DNA from: Lama guanicoe
Lineage: Eukaryota
Direction of reading: 5' to 3'
Length of the DNA: 64,000 nt
NCBI GenBank assembly: GCA_013239625.1
Contig: MU053881.1
Location: forward strand, 15,368,373-15,432,372
Shown here piece by piece: positions 13,562-33,000 of the stretch; position 1 is the stretch's first letter; each line of letters begins with the position of its first letter. The notes below the pieces were generated by a model. The model saw nothing but the letters and a program-made list of their open reading frames with translations. It ran no database searches and had not been told where the DNA came from. The position numbers and the translations under genes are program-made.

Positions 13562-13803
13562 ATGGAGACTCCGGGAGTCCAAGAAGGGGTAGAGGCATCC
13601 CGCGAGCTGAACCGCGCTCGCAGCCGCCAAGGCATAGTCAAGCCCCCAAAGCACCTGTGGCGGCAGCCCCAGCGCCCCATCTGTATCCAGCAGCGCTTCC
13701 ACTCAGACCCGGACAAATCTGTGGGTTGCAGGGAGCGGGACCAGAGCCCACGGCCCGGGCTGGAGAAGTCGCAGCGCTCCTGGCCCACCTCCTTCCACAG
13801 GCG
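13562..13803 (+). CDS. PDE4C: PDE4C alternative first exon B (PDE4C1 type, METPGVQEG...KHLWRQPQRPICIQQRFHSD...)
   Basis: HLWRQPxxPIxIQQR motif of PDE4C1/PDE4A4-type N-termini. Donor CG|gtaggt at 13804, phase 2, in frame with 22904. CpG-rich. Predicted isoform 725 aa. Confidence 0.9.
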
Positions 13804-16800
13804 GTAGGTGGGCGTGGGCAGGGTCCTCCCGCGGTGTGTGGGAGGGGCGCGCAGGGCCTGGTGGGAGTTGGGGAGGGTCCCTGCTTCTCCAGGGGCGGAG
13901 GTCTCTACTGCTTGGCTGAAGCCGGAGCTTTGGAGGAAAAGCTGTTTTTATGCAGGGTGGAGCTGGGGGTGGGTAGTTTGCTTGCTTGTGGGGCTGTGTG
14001 ACCGGGTGTGCCCAGGTGCGGTTGCATCCGAATGTGTGTGTGAGTCTGAGCAATTGCGACCCCGTGTGTGCTCTAATCTATTGTATGAGTCCACAGCTGT
14101 GTCTCTGTGGGTGATGGGATGTGTGTATACCAGTTATGTACCTGCTTGCATATTTCATCTTGTGGTGCCCATGTGGGTGGCTGGAAGTGACTGTCCTTGC
14201 TCTGTCCCAGCTGGTTGCCCAAGGGTCCTCCAGACCCTGGAGTGTCCTTGGATGTTTGTGGAATTTGTGACCACTGAGAGCATTTGAGGGGAGCTTGGGT
14301 TGGGTAAATGAGAAGGCCAGGGCCGGCTGTCTGCTCTGCTGTGGGGAGGAGCCTCCTCTGTAGCCTCTCCTGCCACACACACACACACACGTGTCCCCTG
14401 CTGCCAGAAGGAAAGCCTCTTGGGGACCCTGAGCACAGAATGTTTCTTCCACATAAGAAAGAATGGGATGGAAAAGAGGGGAGTAGTGATGGGAGATGGG
14501 CTGCTCCTCTTTCATATAAACTGGGGGAGTGGGGCAGAATAAGACAAAGACAGAAGAAAAACACAGAGAAACAGGGGCATTTGAGGGACCAGAGGGGCCT
14601 CAGTGTGGCAGAGGAGCAAGGTCCAGGAGTCCCAGGCCCTCCTTGGATGGGAGGGGGAGCTAAATCAAACCAGACTTAGAACCCAGGGTTTGAGGGCAGG
14701 CTGGGTGAACTTGGGTGAATCACCTTCCTCTCCGTATTTTTTTTCCTGCCTCGGTCCATGGACCTACCAGGGCCTCTGGCTTCTTACTTAATCAACAAGC
14801 CTAGCTTAATGCCCCCAGCCTGGCCCTCCAGCAGCCCTGTTGGTGCCCAGGACAGATGGGCCCCACAGCCCAGAAGGGTTGGAGTTTTCCCAGGTGACCC
14901 AGCAGGCCCCTTGCCCCCACCCTTCAGTTCCTCCTGCCATCTCTCCTGGTGACTCATGATTTTCCATCTTCAAGAAAGAACAAACAGAGACTGGGTTTGG
15001 GCCCATCTTGGGGGGAGAGCCAAGTGGCTCTGGAAGGCAGGAGTGGTGGATTGTGTCCCTGTGAGCATGTCTGTGTGTATGTGTCCTGTCTGTGCATATA
15101 TATGCAGATGTGGTGGGAGAGGCTCAGCTCTTGGGGAAACTAGGCTCGAGGCCAATGTACTAAACACTCCCAAGCAACTGGTGGTGCTTCCCTGAGCCTC
15201 AGTGTCATCAGTGAGATGCAAACACAAACTCATACTTTCTGCATTTTGTTGTGAACTTTCTGTGCCAGAGCATAATCACCAGCTATGGCTGTCTTCCCCA
15301 CCACCCTGGGCAGATCACGTGGGTCTGGGAGGGTCTGAGCATCTTGTTCAGCAAGCACTTATTTAACACCTATTGTGTGCCAGGCCCTGTGCTGGGGACA
15401 CAGCCCAAGGGCAAGTAGGTGCTCATAGAGTAATGGTGGAGACAGAATCATACCAGCTGGAGACAACACAGAATGATCTGTGCTGTGATGGCAAGAGATC
15501 AGTGTGCCATGGAGCCCAGAGGAGGTTCTGAGCCAGCATCTGGGGATAGAGGGTGAGGAAGGACTGCTTGGAAGAGATGATATTTAAGCTTAGCCTGAAG
15601 GATGAAGTCAGCCGGGAGGAGTGCAGGGAAGGGTATGCCAAGCAGAAGGAACAAAATGTTCAAAGCCTCAGACTCAAGAGGATCAGGGTGTATGAGGAGC
15701 TGAACACAGATCAATGTAGTTGAATGGTGGAGGGGGAGGCTCTATATTTATTGCAAAAGCATTTATTGAGCATCTACTGAGTGCTGGGCACTGAGGGCAC
15801 AGCTGGAAGCAAGGCAGACCTGGTCATGCCCTTAAGGGGCTGTAGGGTGAGGCAGACATAGATCAAATAATCATGACAGTAAATGTGAAATTGTACCAGT
15901 GAGAGGAGGGTGCTCTAAGGATATTTACTCAGCTGGTCAGGGAGGGCTTCCTGGAGGGGATTATACTCCAGCTGTGAACCAAAAGACAAAGAGTCAGCAG
16001 GGGAAGAGCATTCAGGCAAGGGCATGGGGTGGGATGACCCTGGCTACTTCAAAAAAACAAGGAGTTGGGTAGGGGTGATGAGGCTGGAGCAGAGTGAGCC
16101 AAGAAGAGGGGGATGGGGAGGCAAGCAGGGGTCAGGTCACTCAGGTCCTCCAGAGAGGTGTGGATTCAGAAGTGAGGGCAATGGGGAGCCAAAGGAGGAC
16201 CTGGAGCAGAGAAGGGTGAGATTTGACACATATGAGAATCTTCATCTGGGACTCATCCTCCAGCCTCCTCTCTCTATCAAGATTCTTCACAAGGACTTAG
16301 GCAATACATCTCTCCTCTCCAGATCCCAGTATACTTGTCTGTAAAATGGGCGTAATAGCACCCAACTCCTGTCTCACTGGAGCCACCTGGTAGTGGAGGA
16401 GACAGGTGCTTGCCCGGGGAAGAGAGGCTGAGAAGGGGGGAATTGAGAGATACTGATGTGCTAAGGGCCCTAGAGACTGTTGGGCACCTCCTCAGATCAC
16501 ACAGCATGCAGGGACAAAGTCAGGATGAGACAAAGTCATGTCAACCCCTTCTTTATCCTCTGCTCCTTTCTGGGTGAAGCTTGAGGCCTCCCAGGGTCAG
16601 GCAGGCCAGGCTTTGAATGCTGAGTCTTGACTGTGGCTCAGTTTCTCCATCCAAAAAGCTATTATTAACAATGCATTACTGTTAAAACTGGTTATAAAAT
16701 ATTTAAAGTTGAATCTTTTAATGAAACATTAATATTAAAACTATTGATAAAACATTAATGTCAGTGTAGTGTCTGGGACTGCAGAGGGGATGGAGCCAGT

Positions 16801-17067
16801 TAAGCATTAAGTGGGAGAGGGCACAGGCTGGGGAACCTGGCAGCCTAGGCTTGAATGACCCCAGCCCTCCCACTCGTGCCTGTGTGATCTCAGGCAATGA
16901 ATACACCTCTCTGTGCCTCAGTTTCCCCATACAAAAATGGGAATGACAGTCCCCACTTTATAGAGTTGTTCCAAAAATCAAAAGGTTTTTACATGCACAG
17001 ATTTTGGCTCAGCACTAGGAGAGCAGGAAGGGCTCAGTTTGTATCCATGTGTTTGTATATACATACC

Positions 17068-17140
<73 letters not shown>
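17068..17140. repeat. Compound (TG)n(TA)n microsatellite
   Basis: Directly visible; abuts the L1 fragment. Confidence 0.95.
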
Positions 17141-18115
17141 GACTAGTATCTGCAAATTCTGAACTCCCAGTTTGTCTCTTCTCACTCCCTTTCCCCACTG
17201 GTAACCACAGGTTTGTCTCCTGTGTCTGTGAGTCTGTTTCTCTTTTGTAAATAAGTTCATTTCATTCTTTTTTTTTTTTAGATTCCACATATGAGTGATA
17301 TCACATGGTATTTTTCTTTCTTTCTGGCTTACTTCACTTAGAATGATGATCTCCAGGTCCATCAATGTTGCTGCAAATGGCACTATTTTATTTCTTTTTT
17401 ATGGCTGAGTAGTATTCCATTGTATAAATATGCCACAACTTCTTCATCCAATCATCTGTCAATGGACATTTAGGTTGTTTCCATGTCTTGGCTATTGTAA
17501 ATAGTGCTGCTATGAACATTGGGGAGCATGTATCTTTTCAAGTTAGAGTTTCCTCTGGATATATGCCCAGGAGCAGGATTGTTGGATCATATGGCAAGTC
17601 TATTTTTAGTTTTTTGAGGCATCTCCGTACTGTTTTCCATAATGGCTGCACCAAATTACACTCCTGCCAGCAGGGTAAGAGAGTCCCCTTTTCTCCACAT
17701 TCTCTCCAGCATTTATCATTTGTGGACTTTTTAATGATGACCATTCTGACTGGTGTGAAGTAACACCTCATTGTAATTTTCATTTGTATTTTCCTCATAA
17801 TTAGTGCTATTGAACATTTTTTTATGTGCCTTCTGGACATTTGTATGTCTTCATTGGAGAATTGCTTGTTTAGGTCCTCTGTCCATTTTTGATTAGATTG
17901 CTTTTTTTGTTATTAAGCTGTATGAGCTGTTTATATATCCTGGAAATTAAGCCCTTGTCAGTTGCATCATTTGCAAATATTTCCTCCCATTCTGTAGGAT
18001 GTCTTTTTGTTTTGCTAGTCTTTTTTTTCTAATTCTAATTTTTATTGAAATGTAGCCAATTTACAATGTTATTTTCAGGTGTACAGCAAAGCGATTCAGT
18101 TATACATATATCATG
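17141..18115 (-). mobile_element. LINE-1 3' fragment (end of ORF2 plus 3'UTR), with a second short L1 3' end at about 18020-18115
   Basis: Minus-strand translations match the L1 ORF2 C-terminus ([59 protein letters not shown]) and contain stops. Confidence 0.9.
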
Positions 18116-19707
18116 TATTTAGTCTTAACCTTCTGTTTTATGTTTGTGAATTCAGGAGAGAGATTGAATCTCTCTGTGCCTCAGTTTCTCCTTAGGGACA
18201 TGAGAGCATTGTGAGCCTCTCCCATGGGGCTGGGGTGGTGTCAAGGTTCCTTGGACCCAGCCCCAGTCTCTCCACCAGGCCCGTCCTGGCGGCCTCTATC
18301 CCTTGGGGACCAGCTATAATTAGGTCCAGCCACAGCAGCTACAGATGGTATTTTTGTCTTGGGGACAGTCTGATTCCCACCAGGTGTCCGGTTGCAGGGC
18401 TGTGGGGACAGAAGGGGGTTTCCAGCCAGACCCTTGAGACTCTCTGTCTTCCTGGGCCCCAGTGTGACCCTTCTCTGAGCCTCTGTTTTCTCATCTATAC
18501 AACGAGGACCATAGTGTACTTGAGATGTCACAGAGGGTCAGAGTCTCCTCCCTGCGGTGCCTTAGGGTCTCCCATTGAAGCCCCTATCTCCTGAAATGGT
18601 ATTTCATGTCATCTTAGGATTGCCAGAAATGTGGGTGGCATTTGTCTGAGGACCCCAAAACTGGTGCAGTCCCCTGGGGTAAGGCCCAAGTAGGGGGTTG
18701 TCATTCCACAGCAGGACACTCAGGCCCACAGCTTCTGTGTGGTCTCAGATGGGAGGCCCGCCCACCCTGGGCTTTGGTTGCTTCTGCCTGAGATGTGAGT
18801 GTCCCGGATCCTACCTCCAAATGTGATGTTCTTCAAGACTTGGCTTCCCTTTTTGAAAAATGAGGCAGGACCACCTGACACCAGCATTCCAATTGTAGGC
18901 CATCTGGTACAGATCCCTGAACCCCTAGACACCAGAAACAAGACTTCCCTTTCCAGGGGTCCTTCCTGGGGTGGGGGTGGGGTGGCAGGTGAAGCCTCAC
19001 AGGACGGAAGGCCTGGCGGGAGTGGACTGCGGATGTTTGTCCGGTGGAGACAGCAGGACAGGAGAAGGGATCCAGAGACAGGACCTGGGGAATGTCAGAG
19101 CAGGTCGGGGGCCACGTGGGGACTTGTGGAGGGAGACTGAGAGAGGCGGAGCTGCTCTGCCGTGAAGACTTGCATCTGCCACCACCTTTCTCCAAGCCTC
19201 AGTTTCCCCATCTGGTAAAGGATGAAGGTTTTGTAGTTTCTGGGCAGCCCCTTGGTGGCTCAGGCCTCAGTTTCTCCATCTGGAAAATGGATAGAGGGGG
19301 ATTGCAAGCAACTGTGTAGGATCTGGGCAGCCCCTCCGCAAGCTCTGGGCCACGGTGACTCCTTTGTAGCGGAGGGCACTTCCTTTTCTAACTTCCGTAT
19401 ATCACTTTTCAGCCCAGTTATCAGATGAGCAAGCCGTAGTAATAGGGGATATGCTGGCAGAGGGAAGTGGTGTAAGATGCGGTTTCTGGGCCCCCTAAAG
19501 AGTGGGAGCAGAAAATCGCGGCTAGCCCATTGCCTCAGTTTCCCCATTTGTCCTAGCGGGGGCGTCCCTGAGCGGTCCAATGGCGGCAAGGCGGGGCTGG
19601 TGCGCCTTCTGCCCTCTCCCCGCCGGGCCCCGCCCCCGTGGCTGTCCAGAAAAGGTCCCGCGCAGTCCGCCCTGGGTCCAGCCTCCAGCCTCCACGCGGT
19701 CTTGGCG

Positions 19708-19853
19708 ATGCAGAGGCCCCCTGCGCCCGCCCCTGCCCCTGGGCCCAGCTCCCCCCGGTGCTCCCCGCGCGGCTCCCCCGGGCTCTTCAGGAAGCTCCTG
19801 GTGAACCAGAGCATCCGCCTGCAGCGGCGCTTCACGGTGGCCCATCCGCTGTG
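19708..19853 (+). CDS. PDE4C: PDE4C alternative first exon C (MQRPPAPAP...SPGLFRKLLVNQSIRLQRRFTVAHPLC)
   Basis: RRFTVAH motif shared with PDE4B3/PDE4D5-type N-termini. Donor TG|gtgagg at 19854, phase 2. CpG island. Predicted isoform 693 aa. Confidence 0.9.
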
Positions 19854-21263
19854 GTGAGGCGAGACAGTGGGCCAAGCAGGGGTCATCGGAACCGTCGGGC
19901 TGGAGGTGGGAAAGGCAGAGTCAGGGACAGCTGGAGCCAGGTTGGGGGTCAGGGTATAAACCCTCTGCTCCTCCGCGCTTTCTCGGTATCTCTCTCCCCC
20001 TGCCCTATCTCTGACTCTTAGAGTTGGTGACTGTCTCTCTTCATCTGTTTCCCTCCACCCTCCGCCTGGATATATGCCCAGGGGACCAGCCGCTGTTCTT
20101 TTCCAGCTGTGTGGCCTGGAGCAGCACGGGCTGAGGCTCACGTCTCCTCCTGACCCTCGTCGACCCAGGGCAGGCAGGTTGAGCCTCTTGGCAGTGGAGG
20201 GGGGAAGGTCACTCCTTCCCTTGGTCTGCCCCCACCATCCGTCCTGGCGCCAGCAACGAGATGGCCTGGTGGCCTCATACTAAGCACTCAGTGTCCGTTG
20301 AGGAAGACGTGGTTTGATGGGGGCCTTCCAGACAGGGTATTTGCGGTGTAAGAGGGCTCCTTGCATATCCCCGGCTGAGAGCTGACTTCTTGGTTGCGTC
20401 CTCCAAGAACTCGTTCCACTTCTCTGGGTTCGAATTCCGGCCCTCAGGAAGCGATTGTAACTTCGTGGGTCTCGAGGGTGAGGCTGGGGTTTGGAGGTGG
20501 GGGCTGGTGGGCGCCGACTGGGTCTGGTTCCTTGCTCTTGATTCGTACCGCTTTCGTACACACTTGATAATTTGGCACCTGGCGGCTCAGAGACTAAAGG
20601 TCCCTTCTCCAAGGTCACACAGACAGTGACAGCTGGTGGAGGGAGGGAGGCAGCCGTGACTGTGGTCCCTGATGGCACTATTTCAGGCTGGGAGTGGGTT
20701 CCAGTGTCCAGGAGAGGGCCCTCTGGGTACCAGACGCCTGTGAAGAGGGGTCGCTGCCGAGGGCTTGGGAGTGAGCACAGGTACGTGGAGGACGTCGAGG
20801 GAGTGGGGCTGGAGGAGGGCGGGTCTCTCCGAGGCTCCCGTGCCTCAGTTTACCTGTCTAACAGACGGACATAAGCGCCGTTCCCACAGTCCGAGCGACC
20901 TCCTCCTGGCCACCCGCGTCATGGAACCACCGCCTGACCCGGCCGATCTAGGCTAAGTTTAGAGCAGAAAGAAAAACAGCTTCCCCCGGGGCGAGAAAAC
21001 CTTGGCCCAGACCTTAACTCTCCGCTCTCGCTACTTGGATTCGAACCCAGCACCCTGTGGCCTCTCCCAGCCTCAGTTTCCCTATTTATCCATAGGTGAG
21101 CCTTCCCAGAACCTTTGAGGAGGCAAGGGAGGGATAGGAAGTAGTCACCCGCAAGCCTCCCACTCCGATCACTGGTTTAGAGTATTCACCTCGGTTAGCC
21201 TGCCCCCAAGAGCGTCTCTCCACCAGTCACGCGCCCACTCCAAGGCTTGAGAAGCACTAAGAA

Positions 21264-21288
21264 GCCCCGCCCCTCACGGTGACGTCAC
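21264..21288. promoter_or_regulatory. GC box plus full palindromic CRE in a PDE4C intron (candidate internal promoter)
   Basis: GCCCCGCCCC followed by GTGACGTCAC at 21279-21288, at the 5' edge of a CpG island. Confidence 0.65.
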
Positions 21289-21340
21289 TAAGCGGGAGCT
21301 GGGACTCGTTGGCTGTAGGGGCTTCTCTAGGAGCCACCGG

Positions 21341-21560
21341 GCCTGAACAGACCGAGAGCCGCCGGACATACCCGAATATTCCGGAACTCACCCGAGTGAG
21401 GCCGGACTAAGTCGAATGTGCCCGATCCGGCCCGAGGACCATCCCCCCAACTCCGCGACTTGCTCGAAAACCTAGCGCGGCCAGACATAGCCGAACACAC
21501 CCGAACGCATCCGAACCTACCCGAGCGCAGTTGGATGTAGCCGAATCTTGCTGAACTCAC
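21341..21560. repeat. Degenerate 10-bp-period tandem array (CCGAA/CCGGA + 5 variable nt)
   Basis: Two phased blocks, 21351-21440 and 21481-21560, e.g. ccgaacacac ccgaacgcat ccgaacctac ccgagcgcag. Confidence 0.7.
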
Positions 21561-22903
21561 CGATCGAACTCAGCCGGACGAGGTCCAACCCTGTGTGATC
21601 AGACCCAACTTAGTCAAACCCAGGCGTACTTGATCGAGCCGGAAAGAATCCTGCCGAATTCCCCACCTCCACCCCGGGTCTGAGCCGAGTCCCTTGTTCG
21701 GAGTCTTCCGGCAGGCGCCGATCCCCGCCAGTGGACCCGGGTAGGGTGACCTGACTGGGAACCAAGTGGACATTGGCCCTTGACCAGGAGTCTCGCGACT
21801 TGGGGCGGCCCCTGGGGTCTTCCTGTCCCTGCCTCTCCTGCCTGCTCCCTTCTCAAAAGCCTGTGACCCATCTGCAGCCTCTCTCCCTGGTCATTAACTC
21901 CCTCCTCCCACGCTCCCTGCCACTGTTTCTCTGACCTCTGACTAGAAGGTCCCCCTAGAGAACTAGGGTGGGTCTTCTTTCCCCATCAGGGTGTGGCTGG
22001 AGGGAGATTCGGGGCTGAGAGATGGGAGGAGGGATTGGGGATTGTCTGGAACAGAGGGCGTTGTAGGGATGACGATGCTCTGGGCAGAGGGCACACCCTG
22101 TGCAAAGGCTCGGAGGTGGAAGAGAACAGGCAGAGCTTTTGGGCCGAAAATAAAGCAGACGATTTGGGGAGCCAAGGCTAGGGCTAAGCGAGACGGGGAT
22201 GTGGTTGACGATTTTGGGGCGGGGCCATACCGGCCAAGGGTTGGGGCTTGGAGCTGAGGGAGTGGACAGGTGGTCCAGGGCGGAGCCAAAGCTGCCTGGG
22301 GGCGTGGCCTCTTCTGGCTGTGGGGAGCCTTGGAGTGTGACGGATCTAGGCAGGACCCAAGTCCCCTCCAGAGAGGAAAGCCCAGGAAGTCATTTCCAGT
22401 CCCAATGAACTTACTGTGCAACCTAGACCTCAGTTTATTCCTACACTTGATCGTAGCCAAAAGGCCGAGAAGCGATCAGTTTATTCCTTAGTAAATGGGC
22501 ACCCAGTTGTCCTCCTCAGGTGCCTGGTTGTAACCCCCTAAAAGCCCCCTCAGGGGTGAAGTCTACCACGCCCACACTAGAAACAGGGTGGTTAATGTCC
22601 ACAGAAATGCTGAGACCTACCCATGGTCACACAGCCACTTGGGGACAGATCTGAATCGCACGTCCTTGAGTCTAGCTTAGCCCCAGCGGAAGAGGCTCTG
22701 AGATACAGAGGCGAGATGGAGGCATGAGGGGCGTGGCATCCCAGACAGGGGGTGCCACTGTGGGACAGGTAGACAAGCTCGAGGCTACTCCTGCCCAGCC
22801 CACTGCATGGCCCCAGGGAGGATATGACAGAACGGGTATGGGCCATGGCTCATCACGCGCATGCCAGGACCCTCGTCTCTGACTATGCCTTCTTTGCCTT
22901 CAG

Positions 22904-30091
<7,188 letters not shown>

Positions 30092-33000
30092 TGGCTCCTG
30101 GTGGGTGGGTGGACTTTCCCAGGAATAAGTCCCAGGTGGCCCCTGCTTTGCCTTTCCCACCCATTGAGGGAGACAACCAAGCTTTCAGTAATAGGCAGTT
30201 TTTAGGGCTGAATTGGAGGCACCTAGTGGGGTCCACTCTGACCCTGGGCTTGGCTGAGAGAGCTCTCCGAAGAGCTGGACTGGAAGCAGCCTCTTCCAGG
30301 GCCCTTGAGTTCTCGCACCTGGATTTCCACCCCTGGTATTGAAAAGGGTTGTCTGCCAGGCCCCTTGTCCATCTTCTCCAGTGGTCACTAGAGCCACGTC
30401 CATCACTTTATTGTTTCATTCTTTACAGATATTTTCTGGATACCCACTGTGTGCCTGTTATGTGCCTGCACAAGAGGGTGGGGAATCAGCCCCAAGGAGA
30501 TGCCCCCTCCCCGAGACGCCTCCCCTTCATCTGCCAGGCAGCTCATTGCAAGAGAACAAGAACTTGAATGGGGGAATTTCCACCACCAAATCTTTGTCCA
30601 GACCCAATTTGGGCTCTGGAACTCTGGTGGAGGGCGGTAGGGGGCCAAGAAAGAGAGGGCTCTGTGTCAGGGATTGTCTCTGAAGATTGACTCAGCTTGT
30701 CACTGCTTGTGCACTGACTGACTGTTGCTTTAAGTCGCCGTAGTTTCCGTCTTCAGGTCTAAGGATCCTGGTTCTCCCTGGCCCCAGGACCCCCTGCTGA
30801 TTCCTTCACACGTTCTTCCTCTTCTAGAACAGCAACAGAAGCACAGAATTCTCCCCCATGGAAGTTCTCTCCATCTCCTGATTGAGGCTGTCCCAATCTC
30901 CCCATAGGGAAAAGGAAGCCCTTTCTTTCCCCTCTACGGCCAGATCCTAATACTTGGGTAAACTTTGGTTGGAGGGTGGTGTCTGTGACCTCCCTGAAAT
31001 ATCTTAGAAATGTGGGGGATTCTCTGAGGTTAAATAAACTCTATTACCCCAAATTAGTACTATGCCATTTCACGGATGGGGAAACAGGAGCAGAGAGGTC
31101 CGGTTGCCTGAGGTCTCAAGGCCATGCAGCTGGGCCCCAGACATTAGCCAGCGGCGCCCCCTTGCGGCGGGAGGCGCCGAGGGGACGTGGGACGAATTCG
31201 GACGTCCTCCTTGCCTTGCTGGAAGTCCCTCTCCGGCCGGCTTGGTCCAGCTCATCCCAAGAAAATGAGGCGGCTCTGTGCTCAAGTCTCAGGTTTAATT
31301 CCCACTTCCGGAGGACTCAGGATCCCCCACCCCCAGCCTCCCTCCCCGCGCCCCCAGCCTCCCTCTCTGCGTGTCTGAGGATTTATACACAAGTCATCAC
31401 AACCCCTGGCTTCAAGAACAGCAGGCTTCATTCCTAAATAATTCCATTAATAATTCCATTCCATTGATCATTCATCATCATTAAAATTAATGATCAGATT
31501 CCACAGAGGGAGAATTAAAGGTCATCTGGATTATAACTTGGTGCATTTCCTTCCAGTCTTTCACAAGGCAGAGATTTATGGAATTTTTATTTATAATTTT
31601 TTATCCTTCCCCCTTTACTTGCAGGTACTACATGTTTCCCACAGAGAATTTGGAAATAATGGAAACATAATAATGGAACCAGAAGAAAAAATTCTGCTAT
31701 ACCTCACCCATAGATCATCTTTCAGCTTTTCACCGTTTTTTCTCCACCTATTCATAAAAACATTCTTCTGTTCTCCTTCAATTTGGGCCACAGGCATTCT
31801 TGCCTCTTTCCTTTACTGACTGCACTCTACCCTACGCTGGCTTTTAACACTCCAAGCACAGTCCCACCTCAGGCCCTTTGCACATGCTGTACCCACCACC
31901 TGGAATACATATGCTTTCACTCATCCTCACCCTTTGGGTCTCACCTCAGCATCCCCTCCTCCAGGAAGTCCTTCCTGACCTTCCACCTTCCAACCCAGGC
32001 TGGCACTGGTGGAAGTTCTTTGGGATTCTTTGTTCCATGTCTACCATCCTCTCCAGGCTGTGATCTTCAGAGGTAGACTTAACCTCCCTGAGCTTTTGTC
32101 ATTTCATGGGTAAAATGTAAAATGGGCTCTTTGTGAGGATCACAGAATTGTAACAATGGGTCACATTTGAGGAAAGTGTGTCCTGATCAGGGCACTGAGC
32201 TCTGAGGTATCAACTTTTTCTTCTTTCCATTTCACAGATGTAGAAACTGAGGCCCACAGAAGGGGTGAGTAAGAAGAAATCACTCACATTCTCCAAGTGC
32301 CCCATTTTCTTGTTTAGAGTCCTTCCTGAGGGACATAGTCCTTACCTTTGTGGCCCATCCTTGACCCAAAGAGGAAGGTAGGAGAGGGTCTTCAGGGTCC
32401 CTGGAAACTTTCAGCCCTTGTGACCTAGGGTGACTCCTAGGGTCTCAGTTTGCCTTCTGTTGAGGGAGAAAATGTTGCCTGGCTCCCTTCCTCACAGAGC
32501 TGGAGAGGGGCTGTCCCTAGAGCTTGTTTAGTGAGTTCCAGACTCAGGGCCTTTGCACTTGCTGTTCCCTCTGTCTGGAGCTCTGTTTCCCCACTTCTCC
32601 TGGTGGTCAGCTCCTTCTCCTCCTCCTTCAGGTTCCTGCTCAAATGTCAGTTCCTCAAAGAGGTCTTCCCTAATCTCTTTGGCGAAAGTCACCCTCCCTC
32701 CAATCATTTATTCATTCACTCATGTCATACCATCACAGGGCACTTACTGTGTCCACAGATGCAGGTGCTGCTGATGCTGATCCCTGCCTCTCAGAGCCCA
32801 CAGCTGGCTATTGGATAAGTAAGTCAGCATGATCATTTCTGATGGGGGGATGTGTTAGGAAGGAGAAATATGGTGACATGATAGGAGGTGACAGGGTGAA
32901 ATCAGAACTTCTGGAGGGAGGTGGTGTTGATTGGAGACCTGAAGGGGATGAAAGAGCCAGGCACAGGGAGAGCTGGGAAACGGCTCAGGTAGAGGAAACA

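Noticed and set aside
19477..19707. In-frame upstream ATG extending PDE4C exon C by 77 aa
   Set aside because: The extension crosses a MIR core and promoter GC boxes; the recalled homology starts at 19708.
19260..20141. 293-aa minus-strand ORF, the longest in the track
   Set aside because: Antisense shadow of a GC-rich PDE4C exon and CpG island; no recognisable domain, and it runs into a MIR.
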